The position numbers were made by a program, and so were the translations under genes. A stretch of DNA of 64,000 nucleotides from Tubulanus polymorphus (lineage: Eukaryota; Animalia; Nemertea): NCBI RefSeq assembly GCF_964204645.1, contig NC_134025.1:16343101-16407100 (forward strand), in the 5' to 3' direction. This document shows, piece by piece, positions 48,316 through 61,492 of the stretch (positions within the stretch are counted from its first letter, which is position 1; the number at the start of each line of letters is the position of its first letter). The notes under the pieces are model-generated. The model saw only the letters and a program-made list of their open reading frames with translations, made no database searches and was not told where the DNA came from.

Positions 48316-49426
48316 TTATTCTTTTAATTTTACTAGATAAAATCCATTCATTAAATTTATCATCATATCCTTTATATTTCACCAAAGAATACTTTTTTCC
48401 TTTAAGGGTTTTTGTTTTCAATACTTTTTCTATTTTGTATTCTATTTCATCTGGATTTGGTACAAGTGATAATTCTTGTTCATAGAAATAACCTAATATT
48501 TGTTCGTCTTTTAAATCTTCTAATTTATAAACAAATGGTTTAGTTAATATTATCTTTTTAATCTTGAATATTTCTTCAGTAAAATTTGGGGTATAACCTT
48601 TATAAAATGTTTTTCTATATTTAGATATTCTGACGTGTTGTCCTATTTTAAATTTAGGTTCTCCGAAATCATGTGTAACAAACGCTCCATATAAATTATT
48701 CCAAACTATTTCCGAATTATCTTCTTTTCTAGCTTGTATAGGTTTCATATTTATAGAACTATGTTTAGAATTATTATAACCTTTCACTAAATCATCTAAT
48801 ACATCGATATATTTATATGTTTCATTAGCAGTAAAATATTTCCACATTCTAGTTTTCAATGTTTTATTAAACCTTTCTATAATAGATGCTTTTTTATCTG
48901 AGTGTGTTGAAAAATATTCTACATCGTTATCAGATAATAGTTTTTTGAAATGTTTGTTATAAAATTCCTTACCTTCATCAAATTGTATCTTATCTGGAAT
49001 AGCTTCTTTAAATATAGATTTAAAAGCATTTGTTACTTCTATTCCAGTTTTATTTTTGATTGGAATTGACCATGCGTATCGACTGAATATGTCTATAACA
49101 TTCAGTATCCAGAAATATCCTTTATTGTGTTCTTCTAAGTTCTTCATATCAATTAAATCTGCTTGCCATTGTTGATCGATATATGAAACCATAACTTTTC
49201 TTGTTAAATAAGTTTTATCCATTTTCTTGTGGATTTGATATGTTGGTTGATTTTGTAACCATGATTTTAATTCACTATATTTTATATCACCGTGTGGGTG
49301 CCATACGGCACCATTACCATTTTCCTTATCAGATTTAATTTTATTCCATAATTCTGAAACGCTAGAATATGATACTTCACTTTCTGGGTTATAATATAAA
49401 TCTCTCAAATATTGTTCTTTTTTCAT
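48308..49426 (-). CDS. rve (DDE) integrase with C-terminal chromodomain, open frame
   Basis: WQADL, QFDEGKEF, IIERFNKTLK; YKIEKVL..SLVKYKGYDDKFNEWI. Confidence 0.95.
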   Translation of the reverse strand: MKKEQYLRDLYYNPESEVSYSSVSELWNKIKSDKENGNGAVWHPHGDIKYSELKSWLQNQPTYQIHKKMDKTYLTRKVMVSYIDQQWQADLIDMKNLEEHNKGYFWILNVIDIFSRYAWSIPIKNKTGIEVTNAFKSIFKEAIPDKIQFDEGKEFYNKHFKKLLSDNDVEYFSTHSDKKASIIERFNKTLKTRMWKYFTANETYKYIDVLDDLVKGYNNSKHSSINMKPIQARKEDNSEIVWNNLYGAFVTHDFGEPKFKIGQHVRISKYRKTFYKGYTPNFTEEIFKIKKIILTKPFVYKLEDLKDEQILGYFYEQELSLVPNPDEIEYKIEKVLKTKTLKGKKYSLVKYKGYDDKFNEWILSSKIKRINE

Positions 49427-49432
49427 CTTATT

Positions 49433-49801
49433 TTAATCCATTGATAATAATTTAGATTTAGTTTCAATGGTTTTATGATTTGACTTATTTTCTGGTATGA
49501 TAGGTTTATTGTCATTGGAATCATCTTTATCATCAGATTTGAATTTTGATTTATATATTACACCGGATAATATAATAACTGTTACTAATCCAATTGTAAT
49601 ATATAATTTATAATTACTTCCAGCATTAGAAGAATCAGATGGATTATTATTTGAATCAATATCAGATAAAGTCTGTGATTCATTTATATCAGTTAATTTC
49701 TTTTTCTTAGCTTTTTTTAATTCTGAAGATCTTTTACCTAATTCTCTTGCCCATATAATTTGTTTCTCGGATCTAGCCTTTGTCTTAACGCTATCACTCA
49801 T
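49433..49801 (-). CDS. 122-aa basic protein with one TM helix
   Basis: LYITIGLVTVIILSGVIY; homologue at 21027-21397. Confidence 0.7.
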   Translation of the reverse strand: MSDSVKTKARSEKQIIWARELGKRSSELKKAKKKKLTDINESQTLSDIDSNNNPSDSSNAGSNYKLYITIGLVTVIILSGVIYKSKFKSDDKDDSNDNKPIIPENKSNHKTIETKSKLLSMD

Positions 49802-50397
49802 TTATTTTAGTTAATTTTTGTTCTGATTCATTTTCTGTTTCGCTGTTTGGTTGTAGTACATCTGTTTCGTTCTTACCTGATTTATATTCCATAGGCTTGA
49901 TGTTCGAAAATGTTATGACGCCAGTAGAAATTAATGTCATAACCGATCCTAATTGAAATGAAGCATAACCAACCCATTTTTGTAATTCAGTCATAACTAA
50001 ATAGTCATTTTTCAAATCACTATATAATTTAGTTTCATCATTAATTGGTATTAACTGGTTACATAACTTAGAATAACATTTGACAATACCATCACTTATA
50101 GAGTCGTTTATTCGGGCTAATCTTGCCTCTTCATAAATCTTAAAATATTTTATTACTTTATCGGGTTTCATAGCATCTAGTTCTTGAAAAGTAATAATTC
50201 TATTTAAAAAACTCTTTAGTTTTTCCACCGGCAATCAATAATTCTAGATGATGCTTACAATATAAATAGTATTCATAATCAATATTGTTATTAACTTGAA
50301 TAGAATTAGAAACAACTGGATCCTTATTATCACTAATACCTAAATCATCTAATGTTTTATAGAATATCAATACTATTCTTACTCGATTTCTTTGACA
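49794..50397 (-). pseudogene. Conserved unknown ~200-aa protein, frameshifted
   Basis: Homologous to 20432-21034. Confidence 0.7.
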
Positions 50398-50727
50398 TTT
50401 ATATTAGAGAAAAAAAGCAAAAAAATATTATAAGTATTCTTCAAATGATACTAGCTAGTTAAAGCTAAAGAATTCTAGTATTGACTACTGATACTAGCTA
50501 TTTGAATTTAAAGAATTTCTATTTGAATCTATTCAAAATATAAAGTATTCTCTTTTTGAAAAAAAAATATTAAAAATATAATAGAATTCACTAGCTAGTT
50601 GAAGTTATCGTTTTTTTATTATATTTTATTTGAATTCTATTTGATATCACCATGTGGGTGCCGTACGGCACCATCTCACTACTTTTGTTTATCTATTAGG
50701 AGCAGTAATTATGACTGTCCAGATAAG

Positions 50728-51403
50728 TCATTTCGGATCCTTGATATCAAATTCCTCAACGTATCGTTCATTATTTGGATCATTGTTCCATTGATCAATA
50801 AATTTCTTTGCCTTTGTTAACTGTTCTAAATATAACTGTAAATCTAGTTTATTAGATTTGATTTGATTTTCTTTCTTTTCTAAAGGCCTTAAATTTTTCC
50901 AACCCCAAATAAGTTTTTTATTGTATTCATCATTCATGTTAAATTTAGATATTGGTAACACGTGATCAATATGGTAATAATCCCCATAATTATCTATATT
51001 CATTTTATCATCGAATTGAAATATAATCCATGATTTGAGAAATTCATCTGAACAACCCAATAGATTAGATAGTGTTTCTGAATGTGTTTCTTTGTTGAAT
51101 TATTGTTAATCTAGATCTTAAGCATTGTTTCAATCTAAAATAAAGATCTGTTTGATATCTTTCTCTCATATATTCTGCCATATAATAATTATAATGTTCT
51201 ATATTATCTTCTCGGTATTGTTTGGTATATAGTTTAAAACAAGTTTTACAGCAATATTGAAAACCATCTTTGCTAATCTTACGCTTACTAAATTCTGTTA
51301 AAGCTAATTTATCTAATTCACACTTAGAACACTTCTTGTAGTATATATTTATAACACCAGTGTTATTTGTAATATTGATAGTTTGTGGTTGTTCTGGTTC
51401 CAT
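50728..51403 (-). pseudogene. HNH endonuclease, frameshifted
   Basis: KKCSKC..KDG..CKTC; HIDHVLPISKF..NLRPLEKKENQIK. Confidence 0.78.
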
Positions 51404-52583
51404 TTATTATACGTATTTTTTTACTAAATTGGTTAATATTTTAGATTCCTCTTCCATTTCTTCGACCAACGTCATCCTTTTTCATTCCTCGCTGCTTTTG
51501 ATAAGTCAGTTTCGATTCCTTGATATCTAAATAATACCACTGGGCAAAACCGCTCTTATAGGAGCGTTTTTCCTTAATGCGCATGTGTTAATCATAATTA
51601 TATATTCATTCTGTAAATTCTGTAAAATGGAAACAACACATGCGTTACATGCGTCACATGCGGCCATTTATGGCCGGTTTTGCTTAATGCACATGTGTTA
51701 ATCATAATTATATATTCATTCTATAAATTCTGTAAAATAGAAACGACCGAACATAGAAAATTCATACGCATTCATGTCCTCGTCACATGCGTTACATGCG
51801 TCACATGCGGCCATTTATGCGCGCTTTTGCTTAATGCGCATGCGCTTATCATAATAGAAACGACTGAACATAAAAATTCACCAATCAGATTTACACAATA
51901 CATTATACAAGTTGTTCGTTTCTTCCAATACATCATTTGATTTCTATAAATACAATTTATAATTACAAGCATTTTTTCAATTGCTGGTAAATATTTAACT
52001 ACATCAACAAATGTTAAACTTAATCATTGGAGTCTTAATGTTTTTGAAATTCTTATATAGTTTCTTCGTCGATCTTTTGGCAATTCTTGTGTTTCTTGTG
52101 CTAATTTCTATTGGTTCGATATCCATTGCTGTTGATTCCTCAGTCAGAAAGAGTATCTTGAGTTTCTCTATCACTTCTTGATGCGTATGGCGTTTTATTA
52201 ATCTAAAAGATATTAGCGGCAACTCTAGCCATCTAAAAGATATACTAAATACACTTAAATATATCTAAAGGTTTCATATTTAATATCCCTAATAACTACA
52301 AAAAACAGTACTTACATTTAGATTTAGAATTGTAAACTATAAACTCCTAATTTCGTTTCGAGAGATAGAATATCCTGAGCGTAATGTTACAGCGCCTGTT
52401 CATTTCTTGCCACGTCATCTGGTTCCGGTTCTAGAGTGTTATCTACACGTTTGCAATAATGACTCATATGTCTCGGCGTCATAGTAACAGCTGTAACAGC
52501 TGTGAATTTATAGATTTATTCAATAGTTCATTACATGAAATGTATATAGGTTCAAATAGAATCATGTTCTAGTATAAACAGCT

Positions 52584-53145
52584 ATGCATTATTTCAATCA
52601 CACTTTACTAACACTTTTAATGTTTAAAAATCTAACTCACACAAATATGAATATTGAAATAATGTTGTAAATATATACTTTTATATTGAATAATCTGTCA
52701 ATTTAAATGTTATTCATGTATATGATTATTTTAAGAGTAATAGGGGTAATGGGCTTTCAGGTTAAAGGTTGAATGGTCGAGTTCATTAAAAACAAATATT
52801 AAAAGTAATTCAAAACTATAATATATTTTCATAACCGTGTGTATTTCAGTTGAATAATAGAATAATTATTATTATTAAAATATATTTGATTATATGAATT
52901 TGTGTATTGTAAATAAATCAATTGGTCGCGGAGCGGAGCGGTAGCGAAGTGGAGCGACCAATTGATTTAATACAATATGCTTTTTAAATTTAAATTATTG
53001 ATATCTTAGAATAAATATTTAGTTATAATATAAAATACACACGGTTATGAAAATATATTATAGTTTTCAATTACTTTTGATGTTTTGTTTTTTAATGAGC
53101 TCGACCGTTCGACCTTTGGCTTGAAAGCCCATTACCCCTATTACT
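52584..53145. repeat. Right TIR of copy C (palindrome 52736-53145)
   Basis: Inverted match to 36229-36790. Confidence 0.95.
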
Positions 53146-53470
53146 GATATATAATAGTGCATTCGATGTCAGATATATCGGTTTCTTCGCTACTTGAAGT
53201 CATAATACTGTATTGTCAATTTTCCTTTGTTATGTTGATAGGCGCTTTGTTGCGTTGTTCAACAAAGATGACGTCAAGCGACGATTGAGTTTAAGCGCAC
53301 TTGGCGGCCATTTTTGGAACTCAGTGAGTGGAAAATAACTGAATTTCAAAAGCTTATATTAGGCATAATATTTTAAAAATCAACCTTGCATTCGTTTGTG
53401 TGATTTATTTAATGCATACGTATTGTATATTTACATTTACGATTAAATATAAATAGTGGGCATGTGCCCT
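53146..53470 (-). mobile_element. End of the Kolobok element: KolX start (ATG 53203), promoter region and terminus next to TTAA
   Basis: MTSSSEETDISDIECTIIY|PQEVQPYMFEP is continuous across copy C; ...CATGTGCCCT|TTAA fits Kolobok YY ends with a TTAA target. Confidence 0.65.
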
Positions 53471-53699
53471 TTAAGACTCAAGTGCCATGATTATCTTACA
53501 GTACAGCACTATATAAACAAATAAATTATTATCATAAGGGATAATTTATTTATTTTATTTTAATTTATTTATTTTACGTACGCACTAGGGGAGGGGTAAC
53601 TGTAAATGCGTACTGTAATGCTTAATGTATATTGAAAAATGGCTTATTTTGTGTACAAGGGGAGGGGTTGAAAATGTAGAATTTTATGCAATAAATGAA

Positions 53700-54800
53700 T
53701 GATCCCTAATTATTAAAAGTAGCTGAAATTAGATAATGAAAATTTATTGTAGAAAATGTAATAGTGCTACAAACCCAACATTGTTCATTTCGCAATAGCA
53801 TTTCTTCGTACTGTCTTACTCTTGCACCATCTCTCACTTCGTTGCCATTGAATGCTTCGATAAATTTCTTTATCATACCACTAATGGTAAGCATAGGATC
53901 CAATGCAATGATATCATTGATATTTGTTCCATCTAAATCGAACAGAATCGACCGCCCTTTGAAGATTTCAAATGAACATATTATAACGCATTTTATAAAT
54001 TTTTCTTAAGTTGATGGTAATTCTTGATTGATGTACCGTTAATAACTCTGTTTGCACTTCTCAACATAATGCCATGGGTTTTTTCTTCATGCGGATGTCG
54101 CACCTCGATATTTCTAGTTGTTGAATTTCCATCATCGCTGATTAATGGTGCATCTACTTGAATTCGCTGCACATGATTAACTGGTAAGTATCTGATACAA
54201 AAATCAGAAGCAATTTTTCTAAGAATATATCTTAACATACAATTGGTATTGAAATGTAGAATTTTTTCTTGCCGATTCTGATGGTAGATCATTCTATTCA
54301 ACGGTTGTGGGTGAATACCATGATGGCAACATTTTATGCACCCATCAAAGCCAGCTGCCGTCTGATGCATTAATGTCAAACAGTGACTCTCGTAATCACC
54401 CCTGATCATTATCAACTTGCCCTGATTGATAAAATATACTTATGGCGAATGCACTACATTTATTTTTAGAGTACATGTTTTTCAAGTCGAGGACATATAA
54501 TTTTGACTGGGGTATTCTGATATGAATTATTTACCTTTAATTCGAAGTGTTCAAGATTACGACTCCGGCTATTTTTGGTACGCCTTGCAATAATTCATTG
54601 AGTTCAGTAATTAATGGCTCTAAAAGCCGTTTACGCTTTTTCGTTTGTTCATTTTCATTAATCCATATATGAACGTATTTTCATATGCCTTCCCTTCTGA
54701 TGGTCTTAAATTGAAAAAACCAGTTGTTATTATTCCTCAGACTTCTATCAATTAATTACATGATATGTCGTGTGTCGGAGACATCAATTTCACTACATGT
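53700..54800 (-). pseudogene. Degraded CACTA/EnSpm-like transposase
   Basis: FFNLRPSEG..ENTFIYGL, LEPLITELNELLQGV, GDY..GCIKC, LDPML fragments. Confidence 0.5.
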
Positions 54801-54855
54801 ACCTTAGATTTAAACAGTTTTGTGATGGAATATGTCCATCAGTCGTTTTCTATGT

Positions 54856-55016
54856 TGTAACTGGAGGGTGCTGCCCTCTCTCTCTCTCGAAAATACAGAA
54901 CAATAGGTGATTGTGTTAATATCTTTTGTCCGCCTTTTTACTGGTTTTTGGGCTCTCAGAGTCGATATTTGGAGGAAACTTCTACTGTGGAACAGGCAGA
55001 ATAGGACCTCGTTACA
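54856..55016 (+). mobile_element. Short 5' LTR of Gypsy element 2
   Basis: TGTAAC...GTTACA, followed by tRNA-Leu-like PBS TGGTGGCAGCG at 55019. Confidence 0.72.
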
Positions 55017-55259
55017 TCTGGTGGCAGCGTGGTGGGATTTGATTGTGAAAAAACCAGTTGGAATTGAGTTGAAGCGGTGAACACGTTTTTCTCCGTTTAG
55101 TCTGTGTAAATTACGGTTACTTTTTGTGTGTACTTAACGTATTTTTTTACCTACTTCGTAATTCCTAGTACATATTTAGTATTATTTAAGTGCCTGTTTC
55201 CCCTACATTTATTTGCGGTCCTGTATTTTCTGTGTCATTTATATAAAAGAATAGTAATT

Positions 55260-57455
55260 ATGTCAGATGTTGAGCATGATGTGTGTGAGCCCTTGGCCTT
55301 ATCTAGGCCTATGTCACCAACGGCCGGAGCTGCACATCATGACCTCCTGGTTAGTGGGGAGGGTAACCTCTCGTTAAAACCAAAACGTGGCCGTCCAACG
55401 AAGACAAAAGCTGAAAATTTGAAAACATCTGAGGATTCCATCCTCCAGCGACTGACTGAAGTGATGGAGAGGGTCATGACGAGAGATGCACCCACCCCGA
55501 AAATGCACAATATTCCGGCACCCAAGCCCTATACCATGGGACACAAACAAAGACTGTGGATGACTTTAAGATGTTGTTGAAAGGGAGGGACCAAAAGACA
55601 ACTGAATCTGTGGAACGCTATGCCGACGAGTTAGCAGAACTGGCAAGGAACGCATACCCTGGCATTGCCTTCGAGCTGAAGGATGAATTGGCCAAAGACC
55701 AATTCCTTAAAGGTAATAGCCTACCCGTCTCAGCGAAGCAGTCAATGTATGCGGCCCAGCCAAGTTCGTTGGCTGCAGCAGTCGCCAAGCACGGACTCTG
55801 GAAACAGCGAGATGGTTGACTGAGGGCACGACTCATAAACAAAAAGTATCCGTTAACCAGACCCAGCTCGACTCGACTAGCTCAGCCATAACCAAACAAC
55901 TCGACGAATTGAAATCGATGATGGGAACGCTGATGACTCGAGTAGGCCATTTGGAAGCAGTTGTCTCTGGTAATGGCAATCGTCGACCGCCCGCCGATGA
56001 CAAATGTTGGCGTTGCAGGGATGCAGACCACCCCAAAAACTTGTGCCCACAAGTTAAATGCTATAATTGCGGGGGGAGTGGTCACTATTCAAGTAACTGC
56101 CACCTACCTAAGGGAAACCAGGGAAACGAGAAGCGGGGTTTTCAGGGGGGCAGTGGAAACCCCATCAGGAAATAGTCCCCCCTGTACCGCTGTATATACC
56201 CCCCGCAAGACGTAGAAAAAATCGGATGAATATGGCAAATGGTCTAACGTGCGATGCAAGTAGAGATGCACCTATTGATGGTTACCATCATACTAGCCCC
56301 ACCACCGTGAGACCATCAAACCATATTCAAATGATATCGAGACCATCAAACCATATTCAAATGATATCGAGACCATCAAACCATATGCAAACGACACCTC
56401 AAGATGGATATGTGGTTGCTGGCCCGGCATGTGATTCTAGTGGAGATACACCTACTGATGGTCCGCATCCTACTAGAACCATCACTGTTAGACCACCACA
56501 ACATACCCAAAGTATAGAAGAAAATCGACGTGACCCTTCGGAGAACAGTGAGGCTCCCAGTCCGGCTACGGAAAACACTTGTCACAAGTTGCGCGACACC
56601 AAGGTTCAAACAACAGGGAGAAAACCAGCCCAGACGAGCTTAGTTACAAACATCGGAACAGTGAGGCTCCACGCCTCGGGCCTTTTCTGTGATGCCGTAG
56701 TAAATGACCATTCGAAAGCGGTGGTACTCCTAGACACTGGTGCCTCCTGCACAATCATTAGGGTTCGGTATGGGACTCTAGTAGCCCGACTGGTGAAGCC
56801 GCTGCACTGAGGCCAATCAAAGGAATCGTGACAACGGCTACCGGTCAGCCAATGGAGTTACGTGGATTAGCTGATGTATGTCTGAGAGTTGGAACTGAAG
56901 AATTTCATGTCCCCATGATCGTCAGCGAGGATTTGGCACAAGACTGCTTGCTTGGAAGTGATTTCTTCGAGAAATATGGCTGCAATATAGATTACCGTAA
57001 CAAAGTGCTCCGCTTCGGAAGCCTCAGCGAGGTGCCTGTCCGCCAGAGCCCCAAACGCGCGAGCGCTTGCAGGGTGTTCATCAGTAAGAGCCAAATCATT
57101 CCAGCTGGATCCGAGGTGGTGGTAAATGGATACATGAAACGGAGTTATGCTCATAATAATTCGACCTCAGGGATGATCAGCAGCTGTGGACGGAATAATT
57201 TTTGCACTGGGAAAACACTTGTGGTACCGGAGGCAAACCAGATACCGGTTCGGCTGGCTAACTTCTCGGATGAGGCTTGTAGAGTCGACAGGGGCCAGAC
57301 TATTGGTCTATTCTGCCCCCTACAGTCAGTTGACATCATGACTGTCGACGACCATGCTCAAAACCCGTCAACTCCAAAAATCCAGCTGCAGGGTGGTGAC
57401 AATACTGAATTCATGGACCTCTTGAGAGAATTGAAAATCGACCAGCTTGAAATCC
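55260..57455 (+). pseudogene. Gypsy gag (two CCHC knuckles) and aspartic protease; truncated before RT by copy D
   Basis: ESVERYADEL..AYP, CWRCRDADHPKNLC, CYNCGGSGHYSSNC, LLDTGASCTI, CLLGSDFF. Confidence 0.88.
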
Positions 57456-57513
57456 CGTAAAAAATGAAAATAACAATAATTTCCAGTTGAATTAGTCGCG
57501 CACACTCCTAATT

Positions 57514-60500
57514 ATGGAAATTATTGTTATTTTCATTATCGAGTTTAAATTTCATAAAGGAAAAACATTAGAAGAAAATAAAAAACATTTAGAAAATATG
57601 AAAGAAATAATAAAAATAATTACAGATGTTGAATATCCTAAAATAAGTATATCTTCTAAAGTAAAGTTTATAAAATCTGAAGATAAACCAATATATAATA
57701 TAAATTCTCATTCACAACATATTATATATAAACAACATATAGATGATAAATTAGATAAATGTTATAATGAAGTAAAAACTAAAATAGAAGAGAAATATTT
57801 TGAAGGATCTGGTTTAATATTTGATGAAATAATATTTATGACTTTACATGTTTATAACACAAAATATAATAAGTTAACTAAATCAAAACCAATTGATGAA
57901 AATAATGTATCATATTATAAAGAACCAGATATTGAAGCATCGAGTTATATTAAACTACCATTTAAAACTAATGCTGTTATAAATGTACAAAATGAAGATG
58001 ATAAATGTTTTCCATGGGCTATAATAAGTTGCTTACACCCAGTTGAAGATTATAATAAACATACTTATAGATTAACAAATTATAAACCATTTGAAAATAA
58101 TTATAATATAGATAAGTATCCTGTTATAATCAAAAACATCCCAAAAATAGAAAGAGATAATAATATAAAGATAAATGTATTTGATTTAATCAAATTGCCA
58201 AATACAAAATGTAACAATATAAAACATTATACATTAGAACCTTTATATCTATCAAAAGATTATGATTCAAACGATGTTATAGATATACTATATTATGAGA
58301 ATCATTATATGTGGATTAAACAAATAGATTTATTCTTTAGAACAGAAAGTGATCACCATAATAAAATATATCTATGTAGAAAATGTTTACATAGATTCAG
58401 TAATGAAAGTACATTATTAAATCATAAACAATTATGTGAAAATCATGATTATTGTAAATTAGTTTTACCAAATGAAAAAGATAAAATATTAGAATTCAAA
58501 AAATATGATTACAAAAATAAAGTACCATTTGTAATATATGGAGATTTTGAATCATTAAATAAAGAACTAACTGATCAAGATAGAAAAGAAATATATTATA
58601 AGAGAAAGAAATTAAATTCTAATGAAAATGATTATTCTGAAGAACCACCAAAAACAAATACTATTAAAAAGATTCATCAATCAGCTGCTTCTTTCGGGTT
58701 ATATATAAAATCTGATTATCCAGAACTAATTGAAAGTGAATATTATGATTATAGAAATGAAAATGTTATCAATCATATTTGTGACTTATTAATTGAATAT
58801 GAAATAAGATATAGTAAATTATTGAATGCAAATATAGAAATTATAATGACAGAAGAAGATAAAGAAGAATTTGCGTTTGCAGATAAATGTTATTATTGTG
58901 AAAAGATATTTAATTATAAAGAGAAAAGTAAGAGACCACATGAGAATTGTAACTTACAAGCTAAGAAAATTAAATTTGTACCAGTTATATTTCATAATCT
59001 ATCGGGATATGATGCACATTTATTCATCAAACAGTTATGCCATAAAATAGAAGAAATTAATAATGAAATAGAAAGATTAAATTCAAATAGATCAAAAGAT
59101 AAAATACCAACTTATAAATTTAAAATGTTAGCTAAAACATCTGAGAATTATATATCATTCCAATTTGGTTGTTTAAGATTTATAGATTCATATAGATTTT
59201 TAAATAGTTCATTAGATAACTTATCAAAATCATTAGTTGATGATGAATTAAAAATATTAAAGCAACACTACCCAAATAATGATGATTTTCAATTAATGAG
59301 ACAAAAGGAGCAATTCCATATTCATTTTATAAATCACATAATGATTTCAATATAACTGAATTATTGAAAGAACAATTCTGTGATGAATTAAAAAATGAAT
59401 ATGTTATAGATGAAGTATATAATAGAACATTGAATATTTGGAATCATTTTAGAATGAAAAATCATGGACAATTAGTAGATTTATATTTAAAATCAGATGT
59501 ATTATTGTTAACTGATATATTCGAAAGGTTTAGAGATGTAACCTAAAATATTTTAACATTGATCCTTGTCATTGTTATTCAAGTCCAGGTTTAACATGGG
59601 ATTGTGGATTAAAATTTACAGATATAAAAATGGATTTGTTAACAAATATAGATCAATTACTATTATTTGAAAAATCTATAAGAGGAGGAGTTTCAGGTGT
59701 ATTAGGTGATAGATATTTCAATGTAAATGATAACCCTGGATATAAGTTATTATATATAGATGCAAATAATTTGTATGGTTGGGCAATGATGGAACCACAA
59801 CCTTATGGAGTATTTGAAATAAGTGAAGTTTTACAACATGATAATGATGATAAATTTGATTGGAAGAAAAGAATTCTAGATATTGCAGATGATTCAGATA
59901 CTGGTTACTTCTTTGTTGTAGATTTAGAATATCCTGAACATATTAAATTTAAATCTAGAAATCTAGCTTACTGTCCCGAACATAAAACTGTAACTCATGA
60001 AGAATTATCAAATTACCAAAAAAAGAATTAAACCCGAAAATCATATTCATACAGAAAAGTTAATGGTAACTCAAGAAGATAAATATAATTATGTAGTACA
60101 TTATAGAATGTTAAAGTTTTATCTAAAACAAGGAATGATCCTAAAAAAAGTACATAGATATATTTCATTTAGTCAATCTAAGTGGTTAGAAAAATATATA
60201 GATTTTAACACCAAACAGAACTGAAGCTAAAACTGATTTCGAGAAAGATTTCTTCAAGTTAATGAATAATGCATTCTATGGTAAGACTTGTGAAAATATT
60301 AGAAATAGAAATGATATTGAGTTAGTTCGTAATGGTAAAAGAATTAGACATTTACAAACATATCCTAAGTTCATTGGTAACAGAATATTTGATGAAAATT
60401 TAGCTGCAGTTAAAATGAGAAGAACATCAATGAAATTTAATAAACCAATCTATGTTGGCGCTTCAGTTTTAGAATTATCAAAATTACTAATGTATGAATT

Positions 60501-61092
60501 CTATTATAATGTATTACAACCACTTTTTGGAGAAAAACATATAGAAATATTATATTTTGATACTGACAGTTACATATTAAAGATAAAAACTGATAACATA
60601 ACAGATGATTTAAAAACATTAAAACATCATTTTGATTTTAGTAACTATCCTAAAGATCATGAATTGTTTAGCAATGATAATAAAAAAGTTCCAGGGAAGT
60701 TTAAGGATGAATTAGGTGGTGAAGAAATGATAGAGTTCATAGGTATTAGATCTAAAATGTATTCATATAAAACTAAAGAACATGAAGCTAAAAAGTTAAA
60801 AGGAATAACCAAAAGTGTAGTAGAAAAGAATATTCATTTCAAAGATTACATCAATTGTATATTCAATGAAGAAGTTAGAAAACATAAGATGAGATGTTTA
60901 AGATCTGAAGATCATGAAATGTTTATTGAAGAAATTGAAAAGATTAGTCTAAACCCATTTGATGATAAAAGATATATTTTAGATGATGGAATTCATACAG
61001 TTGCTTATGGTTGCAATTTAGATGAATACTTAAAATTTAAAAGAGAAGAAACAAAAGAGAAGGAAATAATGAAAAGAATTCTAACGTGTTAA
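57514..61092 (+). pseudogene. pPolB, copy D, N-terminally deleted and frameshifted
   Basis: Near-identical to copies B and C; DANNLYG, NNAFYGK, YFDTDS. Confidence 0.95.
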
Positions 61093-61121
61093 TCAAATTT
61101 TAATAAAAATATGTTATTAAA

Positions 61122-61475
61122 ATGGAGAGTAAACAAACACACAGTGAGAACAACAAATTATTTCTAGATAGAATAAAAGATACTTCCAATGTCAAATCAG
61201 TAGATTATAAATTTAAGAAGTTAAAAGAATTAATAATCCATAAGAAATATCTTATTACAGATATTGTTACAGTTACTAACAAATATGGAGATAAATTAGT
61301 TATACACTTAGAATATGAAGGATTAAAAGGAAATACATATAAATTCAGAACATATTTACCGGATAGATTTCATAGATTATCAAGTGAAGACTTAGAAGAA
61401 TTATGTTCTGGAGATTTCTATTTCGTATACAAAGGTAAGAATGAAAAAGGGCACCTTGAAATAGATTTCGAATAA
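61122..61475 (+). CDS. 117-aa conserved protein, possibly nucleic-acid binding
   Basis: Conserved in A, B and D immediately after the pPolB position; function is a guess. Confidence 0.7.
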   Translation: MESKQTHSENNKLFLDRIKDTSNVKSVDYKFKKLKELIIHKKYLITDIVTVTNKYGDKLVIHLEYEGLKGNTYKFRTYLPDRFHRLSSEDLEELCSGDFYFVYKGKNEKGHLEIDFE

Positions 61476-61492
61476 GAAAATATGTAAAATAA

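Larger units (their letters stand above)
36229..53145 (+). mobile_element. Family 2 Polinton-like element, copy C (16,917 bp, most complete)
   Basis: 562-bp TIRs, AGTAAT..ATTACT ends, TSD GATATA (36223-36228 and 53146-53151). Confidence 0.97.

Noticed and set aside
36229-53145. Free giant virus, phage or contaminant contig
   Set aside because: Exact 6-bp TSDs and interrupted eukaryotic transposon genes show chromosomal integration.
56310-56390. 30-bp tandem repeat (RPSNHIQMIS) in Gypsy element 2
   Set aside because: Ordinary local duplication in the gag-pro linker.
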